Source of the DNA: Iphione sp. A-MEVVRFRX5
Lineage: Eukaryota
DNA: 64,000 nt
Reading direction: 5' to 3'
Assembly (NCBI GenBank): GCA_976226885.1
Contig: OZ320316.1
Coordinates: forward strand, 75,640,001 to 75,704,000
Every line of letters starts with the position of its first letter. The stretch's first letter is position 1. Below the pieces are notes generated by a model. That model did not search any database and had not been told where the DNA came from. It saw only the letters and a program-made list of their open reading frames with translations. Below are positions 43,201 to 55,200 of this stretch, one piece after another. Position numbers and translations under genes: made by a program.

Positions 43201-46200
43201 CAGCATTCTACTGTACATATCTCTCTGAGAAGAATAATTTTGACAGTTTTGGCAGTCGTGTGAATACAGCAGGCCAACGTTCAATTTCCCGGCGATGCAC
43301 GACCTCTGCGGTCAAAACCATCACATTCGTCCTTTTTAAGGAATTAAGTAAACTCCATCGCCTTAAAAAATGGCTGTAATTTTGTGAGAGTTTAGTACTG
43401 TACGAGTGGTACCACTAGCCAGGAAGGGGTCAATAATTCAGAAATGAGTTTTCCATATATAGACGGCAGCGACGAGCTGCCTCACCCCCTGCTCAGTCGT
43501 CCCCCCCCCCCACCCAACTACCACTACCACCGCAAGCACCACCAGCAAGGCTGGTCAAACACTACTGTTGGACACTCAGCCTCGAGCAGGATGAGATGAG
43601 AGATTCCGGATGTCAGCGCGACGATGGTCGCCTATCTCTGACACTCAGCCCGGCGGCTGGTCACTGCCTGTATTGCTATCGCTAGTGGTCTTCCTTGCAA
43701 CTCTGTCGTTTGTCACGCCTACTTGAACTGCCCATCTCACCCGGCCCAACGCCACCAGGCCGACCCTTCTTGTTGCCAACCGCATCCATGTTGCCTACCA
43801 CAGATGCCTTCTGGCGGAAAATCTCCATCAGGGCGCTGCTTCAGATCGCGCCGTGTCTTTCATGCAATGTTTTGTGAGTGTTGATCCGTCGGTGGCTCCG
43901 CCTGGCCACGACAGCACAACCCTTAATCTGCACCTCTCGAAAAACCCAGCCCTGTCCACCTTTACTCCAGTCAAAAACACAGATAAAAGAGGTCTGCACA
44001 GGAGAGGCCGAAAACGGCCTCCTCGCTCTCCACCTTGTGATTGTGGACAAAGGTCACTCTGTCAATAGGGTCCCCTGTGACCGGGGACCATATTGGTCTA
44101 ACAAACCGGAGATATCTTCTGCCAGAGGTCGCTCGAACAGCGGCAAACAAGCAGGGTCCCCTGTGGATGGTCTGGCCTCTTCCTTCTGCTTGAACGTCCG
44201 CTGGGTTCTCCATTGTGTCTCAGTAATTGCTTCCCTCTACGTCTTTCTCCTTATGCGCCCTGCTTTGCATTCCTCCTTTTATGACATAGCTTTCAAAGAC
44301 AGTTTGATTATTGATGTTAGTTAGAGAAGATCCATTACAACTCATTTTCTAATAAGAAAGAGTTCTCTTGGCTTTTTTTTAAGATGACCTTTTGGCTTTA
44401 CTCGAAGTAGTTGTGAAGGACGATTTAGGCAAATCGAAGAAACAAGAGGCTATAAACAGTTCTCCAACAAACGGCCCAAGTGGAACTATCGCGGTCCAAT
44501 GACTCTCCAAGACCCTCCACAGACTGGCCATGTGAGATATAATAGATACATGAGATTTGTCCGGGACACGCAAAGTCCATTTCCAGTAGACTGCTTATCC
44601 GTCTTGGAAACTCAATTTAGCCGCGTGAGGAGTGGCCGCCTGCTGGTGTCACTAACGACGTTATGGTGCTCCCAATAACGGCCTGACCGGCACGGTGCTG
44701 CCCAATTGGCTCCTCGATATTATGAGCTTCTGCTACTTCGAGCCAAACCAGCGTCCTCCTTTTCGCACTTTCAGACAGCTTCTGCGTCTAAACTTGGGCA
44801 TGACAAGCAGGTATTTATATATACTTTAGGATTCTACTCAAGTTGACGTTTAAGCATGTTTAATGGTAGGTTAGTATTGAACGGCCGCAACTGAGTCTCT
44901 GCAGTTCTGTTTCGGCTCATATTTGCACAGGTCTTGTTTTTTGTTGTGACAATCCGGTGGTCGCGGTCCTGAGATGGGAAAGTTATTAGCCCAGAGCAGT
45001 CTTTCGTTGAGCAGGGCACCTTTAGGGTATACGTGTAGTGTTAAAGCTAGACCATGTCGTAGTAAGCATAAGCTATCATGAGTATGGTCCAAAGATACAC
45101 ACCAGCTCTGTATCTTATTAAATCAACACTTACAACGAAAAGCATTTCGTCATAGGGATCTGCTCTATCGGTAGTAACAAAAAGAGCATTACGTGCTTAG
45201 TGAACAGAGTATCGTTTGGATGATATGTGGCATGGGACCTCTGAAGAAGCCATCATGATTAAAGCAGTAGATCAGGCGTGAGATATGGCCAGATGCGATT
45301 CAGTTCGGCCCAGTGCTCAAACCCCGAGGAGCACATTGGCATTAAGGGCCCGACCTCTAAAAGTTCTTCTAGACGAGGCTGTGTGGAGCATCTACTTACA
45401 ATACACTTACCGTACAACGGCCATAGCCATAGATCATTACAAAAACCAAATATATATAGGTATAATTCATTGGTGGCCGACACGCTGCCTCTCCTCCGGG
45501 TGATGTATATGTATGGTATGGCTAACTGTTGTGGACCCCCGGCCAACGACCACCCGCTCTGCGCACCACACCCACCCGCTGGGTGATTAAATCCCGCTCG
45601 CTGTATATAAATAAGGTGGCCTGGGTGTCACCAACTTAGATGGCAGTTTCCACCACGTTAAAGTTTCTGGTAGATAATAAAGTCGAGTGGAAACGATGGA
45701 GCAGTCGTGGTTTCGTATTTTCAAATTTCAATTTAACATCATTGAATACCATAGATATCTGCTTATCAAGTAAATGTCGTGACATAAATCTGTACTGACA
45801 TAAATCTGCAGCATGTACTTTTCAATCCCGAAAGTGCTGGTCATAGCAGAGGCTCTTTCTACATATTTTACCTAGTTCATACAAATATAATCTGGTTTTA
45901 GAAAGCATTAACCTTTGACAGGCAATGTTCTGGGCCATTTAATTATGCTGTACCATCCTCAATATATCTGTATGTAGTCTTCATGTAGCGAAGTCCCAAA
46001 TGGCGAATAGGACTGAGCGTAGCCTTGCGAATAATATGTCCCTGAAGGATCCACATTGATGCAATTTCTTTCTGTACTGGGACCATTGGAGGCAATTGTA
46101 CATGCATATTCGGCACATTAGCTATAAAAGTTTCTTTCTTAAATGTGTTCAAGCTTATCGGATTGCGTCTTGTCATATCATCAGACAGACTGATCGGAGG

Positions 46201-49200
46201 AGGATACATACCTGACGTTAGGCCATACGAAGCACATCTTTATTACTATTAAGGCCTTTAATGGAAGGATTTATATGGTAGGCAGTAATCCATATAAACC
46301 CCACAACGCACCTAATCACTTCCTTTCGGGTCCGTGGACTGTCGTCTTCCCACGACATTGGAGGGAAGGGGCAAGCTTTCTTGGCTAGCGTTCTAGCGAA
46401 CTAATGCCTATCGTCAGTGGTACGAGCGGCTCTGCGAGGTGCTATTGAGGTCCGGTCGGTTGGAATCCCACGACGGGCGAGGTTGGTGCCAGTTTCCCGC
46501 CTCCCAATTCCCTGGACTTCGCCAGGAGATGCGGACGTCGGAGCGACTTCCAGGGCAGGAACTGGAGCTGTACATCCCAAGAGGGACGGGGCGCGTCTGC
46601 CACCATATATGACGAGCTAAGGGGCGGGGGGAGCATAGATGAAATGATAATGAGAAAGTTATTCCTATGCGGGTTCGGTATTGAGATTACGCAGTGCGTC
46701 GCGCCTTTCTCTTTATCACCACATACGCCTGTGTGGTTTTGATTGATGCGATACGATGTCGCCATGTCGCCTTGAGGATGACTGGCCGCCGGGTAGGCCT
46801 TGGCTACAATCACACATCTGCCAATCAGCGTCATATGTAAGGTGCCTGCTTATCTGCCCATTCTTCTTCATAACGCCCGGGCGGGTACGGCAGTATCTGT
46901 GATTGCTTCTGATTAACCGATATTACAGGCAATATAAAGGAGCAGGATGCTCAGATATTTTAGCCAGTTCTTGGCCCTCGTGTACACTTGCTATCGAACT
47001 GCTCTTGTCTGCATACTCTATATCCACCGTTTTTGTTTCAAATCCAGATTCGACTGCGGAACGGGGCCATCGCAGATCACGTCGGAAAACAAAGTCGAGC
47101 TTGGCCAGTGGAATACGATCACTGTACACAGGAACGACTGGAATGGCTGGATCCAGCTCAATGACGGACCGCAAGCGAAGGGCAGGTCGAAGGTCAGCTT
47201 CCCCAGATGCTGTCTTCAAGATGATCACGTTTCATAGTCTTATGAGCAATTATCAGGCTTCACGTGAACACTGGTGTCACAATAACTTACAATCTTCCGT
47301 TCATAATCACATAATTGCAGCTAGCAACGAAATGGCAAATGAACTAATTGAACATGAAATTCCTAGATTGGCAAAGTCGAACAAGCTTTCTTATGTACGT
47401 GTATTTTGTGTCGGAGTTTCACACACGATAAACATCTCACTATGAGACTGAGTAGGTGCGACGAGCAGGCCTTCACGATATGTATGACATCAACCAGTAT
47501 AAAAATATATTTCATATCTATGTTATACCAACCGCTGGTACATCTGGCAGAAACGTAGGCTACTTGTAGATTTATCAGCTTTAACTAGTGATGCAGATTC
47601 TGTCTCCAAATCCTTCACCTTTTTTCCTGGTGGAGTTGGCCTCATTGTTATCTTTTATTCTCTTGCAGGGCCTGTATTCGCGCATCACGTTCCGGGAGGA
47701 CCTTTACCTTGGCGGATACACCAACACCACGCTCATTGGCGATCGCACGGGCATGCGTTGGGGCTTTGTCGGCTGCGTGCGTAAGCTCGAGATCAACAAC
47801 CGGAAGTATGACATGCGGAAGGGAGCGTTCGTTGGTGACGCTATCCATGGGGTCGACGTAGGTACGTTGGTCGCTTGCCGTCCCAAGGACGTGTTTGAAT
47901 CCGTGGTACTAGTGCTCGTTTTCCTCCCTTCTACAGCCTCTCAAAGATGACTATGGTGCCAGTCCAGCAGTATGGGCCTGTGTTGACTAACATCAAGGCT
48001 AGGTGGCGCGAACACCTATGAAGCAAACCCCTATCATGCGCTCAGTTCTTATACATGTACATGTATTAATGTTTCCAGTATCTATTCTTGTGTGAGCATG
48101 ATGAGAGCATGTTGTTCTCCCTCCTCTGTCCTCTGGAAATGGACCGCACCTTCCTGGGCCTAGGATATTAATCGTTTGCCATTTGCGTCAGGGAAAGTAA
48201 ATCTCATTCGTATATTACAAGGAGGATATAAATTATGATGATACGCGTATGTATAAGAGGAGTGAAAACTAAACTCGTATATCTAAATATTTAAGAATGG
48301 AAATTGGTAATTTTGGGGGGTTCCACTCGGCTTATTCTGCTTATTCATTCGCCATCCGAATTTTTGAATTGCCCATACAAAAGAAAAAATATGTTTACCT
48401 TGCCTATTTCATGTTTTATTTTCGATTTGCAATGAATACTCACATAAGTGGTTGGAGTAACTACCTCAAAACCAGTAAAATGATAAAACGGTGACATCAG
48501 ATATGATTAACTCTATCGAATAAATACATGTACAACAGCAGCAACCACCTGCACTGTTTTTGCACATGGACCCAGCATATTCTAGCAAATGAGACAGTAA
48601 AATCGTAAATTTGGCCAATACTGAATTCGTGATTGTTTTCAGCCCTTTCTTTTATCCCCAACTTTTAATAATCATTACATTAAACTGTTGTTTTAGGTAA
48701 CGGGTCTATGGATGTGACAATGCATATGAATGCATGTGTTATACCTTATAATATTAAGATCCTATATAAAGATAATTTTGATGTGTAAATCATGTACTAT
48801 TAGGTCTCTCCTTGATAGCCTGTCCTGTCCTATTGGCTAGAATATGCTGTTCTCTTCACCCCGTCTGTGCTCACCATTCGCTATACCCCTTTGCACCAGC
48901 TAACGATCGCCATATTGTTTTGTGCTTTTTGTCATCACAGAAGGTACGTAAAAGCTGGTGACGTCAGGAATGTAAGGAGTTTGCCATATGCCATATTGTA
49001 AACTTAGTCCTCCTAACGTCCTCGCATGCCCCAATCCCGACCCTAAAATTTCGCACCGACGTTTTAACATCGATGTATTGGTGTCCGTCAACTCTGTACG
49101 AGCTAAGCATGACCAAATCCAAGGCATATCATTAAGAGCGTGCAATGTGTATCAACATCTTCATCCATCATAACCTACTAGCATTAATCGATCATTGCTA

Positions 49201-52200
49201 AGGAACACGTGTTACTAATCATCTTGAATGTATGTGTGGTGCATGGTTGGACAAGGTAATAGGATTCATACACTAACCTCACTTTTTAGGTCTAGTCTTC
49301 TTCAAGTAAAGGCTTTTCATTCTGAAGGCGTTTTCTCCTCTATCGGCCTGATCAACTGTAGTTCTATGGATCGAAGTTGGTGTCTAGGAATGCTTGCGTG
49401 AAAGATTGTAGGAAGAACTGGAAGAGGATATGCTCACCATGACCTACCTACAATTGACTTCACTTTATATGCAGCTCTCTGTAATGTTCTCTTTACGGGA
49501 GGTATCCATCTGTCAAAGTGTTGGCTAATGATGTATTATCTGTGTGTAGGCGATGATTTTAATTATACGTTCATAGATTTTATTAACTCGTTGTTTTTGT
49601 TTTACTATAATATGAACTCGGAAAATAATCGATGTTTTCCCCTTCATTGTGGACATCTTAAAACAACTTCTTAGGAACTAGCCTGACAGAGATTTCTTCT
49701 ATCTTATGAAAATGTACCTAGAAATATGGTGTTGTAGCGATGAACTATTGTCTGATATGCATTCATTACATATTCATGTGGTTATCCCTCTTTTATTTAG
49801 GACTGTGGGTTGATTGTTTAAAAGTACCCATGCTTTCAAAGCCATCTTCCTATAATTTGCTTGAGATAAAACCATTGTCAGACGACTTCCAGCACACGCC
49901 TTGTTTGGCATTTCCCCCTCAGAGAGTCGCCCACAGGCCTTAAAAACTTGCGTTGAATTAATTTCCGTTTCGTCCTTGACAAAAGGGCTATGGGGCATTG
50001 GTATGTGTACCGCGTCTGGCGCGAAGTTTAAAATGCGACTGCTTAACAGGTGAATGCAGCAGCCACGTGTGTGTGGATGTGAAATGTCAGAACGGCGGCT
50101 CATGTGTGGCCGACTCTGCAGACAGTCATGTCTGTCTGTGCCCACTAGGCACGGCTGGAGACAGATGCGAGAACAGTAAGTATACCATGGTCCTTGACGT
50201 CCCAGAGCATGTTTTCTTGCATATAGAACAGTTGTACACATATCACACAGAGTAAGGCCGGCGTTCCATGTACACGGAATACGTGTCCGGAGCACGGAGG
50301 CTATCCGGAAATTTAGCCGGTTTTTCCGTACCTCCGTACAGGTGCTTTCCATGTGTGCGTGCATGCGTGCATGTGTGTATGTTTGTGTGAGAGAAAGAAA
50401 GACAGAGAGAGAAAGAGAGAGACAGAGAGATATTTTTCATGGAGTTTGAAGCATATTGGTGGAAATTGTGTGGTTTTTCATGGAGTTTGAAGCAGATCGG
50501 TGGAAATTGTGCGGTTTTTCATGGAGTTTGAAGCAGATTGGTGGAAATTGTGCAGTTTTTAGGCAAATGATATGCAAATTATAAAATAGTTCACATCATC
50601 TAACATGAGATACACAGTGAGTATCCAGCTGAAAACATGCATCTTTGTATCCTACTGGTCCGTGGGGGTATCCGTGCTCCGGAATCCGGGGAAATTTACG
50701 GCCCAGGTTCGTTTTCCACCTCCGGACACGGACCACGGACCATGGACCACGTACACATGGGTGGTCATCTGTTAAAATCAGTGAGTTCGTTTTTTTCCGC
50801 ATTTCCACACACGTGCTCCGGATGCATTTTCCGTATACATGGGGAGCCAGCCTAAGTCTATGACCATGGTGAGCCGTCTCCCTTCCATATATTTTGTTTA
50901 CCACAGAATAAAGTATAAAAACGTTGTAATCTGTCATTCATTCCATAAACAAGATACATATGAATGTAATGAGAGCTTCCTTTGTCCATTTCCTCCGACT
51001 GTGCATGAGGATTCTTGTAAATGATAGAATAGTTGTTTATTTTCTCGGAGCTTTCTAGGAGTTAATGATATTACACCACTCTTGCAGGGATTGATATTCA
51101 AGTAACTTCGTTTAGTGGCAACTCCTACCTGCAGTTCATTGGCCTGCGGAGAACTGTTTTATCCTTCACCGAAGTCGAGGTGGTGTTCAAGGTAATTACA
51201 TTCTAGATGTTCTTTGAATCCAGTTTTGGTGTTCATGAGATTATTTGCTAAAATCACAGCACAGCTGCTTATTATTCGTGGGCTCTCGCTTTATCTAATT
51301 TTGTCAATCGATTGGCTTAAAATATGGGGTATTTTGTTGAGAAAGTGACTTTTTGTGTTGTCAGCGTGGTAAATGTATTTGCCATTTATTCATTAAATTC
51401 TTCTCCTTTTCGATGCCAGGCTGAGTACCATACCGGGCTAATATTCTACAACGGTTACACAACAGACGGAAGCGGAGACTTCATAAGCATAGCCCTAGTC
51501 GACGGTTATTTGGAATATAGGTTTGACCTGGGAACTGGACCCGCTATAATCAGGTGGGGTCTTCAGTAGGAATTGCTCAAAGCATTGAGTGTTTATACAC
51601 GTAGTCCTTTACAAATGTCTTCTTTAAAATGTCGGGAGAAAAGATGTCATATTTAGGGTTATATTAGTTTTTTTTTAATTTGGCTACGTTTTTAGTACAT
51701 AGTCCATTGATCCCTTGTGGAATACCCAAGTTGGCTACTGATAGCATGAATGTTGATGTACGAGGTCAAAAACCCATCCCTATGATCTTGGCCTTGGTCG
51801 TCTGACTTGTGCTATTCATTTGATCCGAACCCTCACCTCATGACCTCGTCACCCCTGTCTTTATTCCTATAGGAGCCGTCAGCCGGTCACGCTGCACGAG
51901 TGGCACGTGGTACGCGTGTCGCGGACCGGACGGGACGGCTATCTACAGATCGACAACCAGGCTGCCATCGAGGGCATGTCCAAGGGTGCCTACACGCAGC
52001 TCACGCTGACGCTCGACCTCTTCGTAGGCGGCCACCGCAACTTTGACGAGGTCGCAAAGAATGCCATGATCAAAGAATCCTTCGTCGGTTGCATACAAAA
52101 GGTGTGTGATTGCTAGTATTGGTATGTTGGGGGCATTGGGTGGGGTGGGAGGAGAGCAGAGTAAGAGACAACCAGTGTTCAAGGTGAAAGATGGGTCGCG

Positions 52201-55200
52201 TCAACTTAAAGCTCGCTGATTTCGTTTTGGCATTGGCCGCGTTGAATGCACCCGGGGATTAATGCCTTCAGGAACAAAAAAAGGAGCCACCCATAAACGT
52301 GATTATATTTTGGACAGAATTTCAGGAATTTAATTTTTTTCAGTAAAACGAATGCTGACTCGGAAGTGTGTCAAAGTAGAAAAGGGTGAATTACGGGGGA
52401 GGAGCATTATTATCTTTTGTGGTTGGAAAAGGTTATTATCTGGAGTTGTTTGCAGCGGAAAATACGCCCTGACCAAGTATAATGCACATTTCGACCTCTT
52501 TTAATATCCAGTGGTAATCTGTCAAGAGTTATCACATTTGTTCATGTAGTACGAATGGACATGTATTGGTCCAATACCAATTAGAGCAGTCAATAGGAAG
52601 CGATGGAGCTAGGATTCTGTGTCGTGGGACCTGGTTACATAGTAACACTGGCTGTGGGTGGCTGGTGCACGTCATTTATTTATAGCTGACACCTCTACCG
52701 ACGTACGCAATGCTGGATGCTCCCGAAGGAATCCTACTTTCACAGGCATTCATCCAGCCACGCGCAGCGCCCACTTCGTGTTAGGTGCGGTATTCATAAT
52801 GAGCCCAACTGGCGCAGGAAATCGGAATCGAATCACACCTGTTATTTATATATTCGCGAAGTCACTTGGTGTACCTTTCATGACGTTCCGTTGTACTTCT
52901 GTACTATTTGAACAGGCCAGAAGCGTCTTGTACAACAACACTTTCGTGATTTGTGTTATACAGCAAAACAGTGGACTTTCGTAGACTGAACTATTTGCAG
53001 AAGAGCTGCTCGTTCGTTTTACCTTCCTCCCCATTACCTCCCACTAGGTTTATCACGTAGTATATAACCTATACGTGCCGTCTGTATTTTCCCATCTTGG
53101 AGACGGCTGTAAATCAAATGGCGCCAGGTGCAGTTGGACACAGGCGTCGCCCCCTGATGCGAGACCACCTTCCAAATCGCCGAGCGGTCACCCCTGTTTA
53201 AGCTGCCTTGCCGTGTCACCATCGTTGACCCGTTACTGACTCATCATTTGCTCCTCCCTAATCAGACCTGAGGAATGAGGCATGTGCAAGGGCCGCGACA
53301 ATATGGTGGCGGGAGGCCGCAGATTTATAGCGTGCATAACCTGCTTAGGACGGACTGCGCACTATCCAGCCAAGCCCCCTAAGATCTTGTTAGATCACTG
53401 ATTGCTCCGGATGAGATTGGTTCCGATGAGAGTCGCCGACCGGTGCCGCTGCGACGCCTGATATGGGACGGGACCGGAAGCAGCTGTGCGCCTGTGACGC
53501 AGCGACCACTGGCCGTATCAGGACCCATCAGTCAGGCCACCGCTCCTGGCGCGACCTCGTCTGGCAACGGGACAGTGTCAAAACCACCGTTATCTTTGTT
53601 TTGTCCCAAATGACAGGCGACAGGGACCATCTTTTTCGATCCCCGGAAAATTAAATTAGCAAAAAGCTTCTTTCAAAGTTTTCATCATTTCCCGAAAAAT
53701 CCGCCGGTACTTTCTTTCGTGCCCTGTGGGTCTTTAGGAAGCACTTTCATCCCATTTATAGTTCTATGACAGGGTCTTTAAAGTAAACGGCCATTTACTT
53801 AATTTTTCATTGTGCAAATGAATGTATTAAGTGTGCCTTTTACGGTGCTGTAGTGTGACTTATTGAGTTTTAGATAACTTCTGTATGCTTCTGGACCGAT
53901 ACAAACTAAAGAAGTCACTATAGGCATAATTACAACCTCTTGACTTGTGACATCGATACACTACATCACCTCTCCGCGGGGCGGTATCCCAGTGATGAAA
54001 CGTTTTGGCTGCATCTTGTGTCAGTGGGGCAGGTGTAATTTATACAACCAAAGTAACCTTACAAGAAAGCAAGAGCCTTCCTGCCCAGACAGTGTCCACC
54101 GGTATCTTCGGTAATAAGTATGACTACACGCACCTACCATGTCCTAAGGCTCCACGGTTCTCCCCTTCTTCTTGTCGAGTACGCCGACTGCAAACTACCA
54201 ACGGCGCCCCCTGGCGAGGCAGCGGCAGTCGATGGCCGTTCAGGGGACTGATAGCAGTCGTTTGATTGGCCTGCGAGAGTCGAAAGGTGGCGGTCGTCTC
54301 CCGACTGTCGTCTACTTGATAAAAAGAATTTTTAGATAAGCTCTACCGGCAGTAGTAGAATGGTGGAGCCCGACACAAAATGGGATGGCTATTTGGCTCT
54401 CTCGACATCACTGCAGTCGATAAAAGCATCTCAGTGGTATTGCCCTTCTAGGGGCCGCATCTTAATGCAAGAATGCAAGAATAACAGCACAGATTCTGCT
54501 AACCTAAAGCTTGCTACTAATAATGCATGGCACATTTGAAGTGCACATATACTAAATTGCCCTTTAAGTCTAATAGTGCATGAATGAATACATGTATATT
54601 GCAAAGCGGTGCAAATAATATCGAAAAACAAATATGTGTACCTAGTCACTCTGTAGCCTGAGAGTGGATATTCTATCATAGGTTGTCATCAATGAGCGAC
54701 CACTCAAGCTGTTGGAAGAAGCTATTGATGGCGTAAACATCGACAATTGCAATCATCCATGCACGGGTCAGCCATGTCTGAACGGTGGTCGCTGCGTTCC
54801 CATCCGGGACTTCTACAAATGTAGCTGCCCTCTTGGCTTCGAGAATACCAACTGCGAAGACAGTGAGTACAACCAATCCTGATTTCTCTATGTGTGATTA
54901 GCTACTCTGAAGTTCATATTTACTGCGTCTATGAATATCTTTACAAACTGATACTAATCATTATAGAATCAATAGTGATAGACACCGATGACCTGCGGGA
55001 CAAGTTCCTTGTATTCGTTATACATGTGTATTACATATAATATTGTGCATATGTAACCTTCGTGGAAAGGAAATCAATCCGTCGCTCGAAAGAGCACGAG
55101 AAGCATCTCAATTTTTAAGATAGAAATCATACTTATTAATACTAGCAGTGACCTTTCCCGCATCTACAGATACTTAGGTTATCTAACATTTGTGTAACTA

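Larger units (their letters stand above)
50256..50852. mobile_element. Non-autonomous PIF/Harbinger-like MITE (597 bp) in intron 5
   Basis: 41-bp terminal inverted repeats (50256-50296 versus 50812-50852, 32/41 matching), GG...CC termini, TAA on both flanks (50253-55 and 50853-55), and no coding capacity. TWA target duplication is the established PIF/Harbinger signature. Confidence 0.8.

Noticed and set aside
43610-43726. 38-aa smORF with a signal-peptide/TM-like stretch (MSARRW...[20 protein letters not shown])
   Set aside because: It ends in TGA with no usable phase-2 donor to reach exon 3, lies inside intron 2 and has no promoter evidence. Such hydrophobic smORFs arise by chance.
29265-50555. 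CRISPR-like interpretation of the 41-bp and 52-bp arrays
   Set aside because: The units are head-to-tail with no unique spacers, the context is eukaryotic and there are no cas genes. They are minisatellites.
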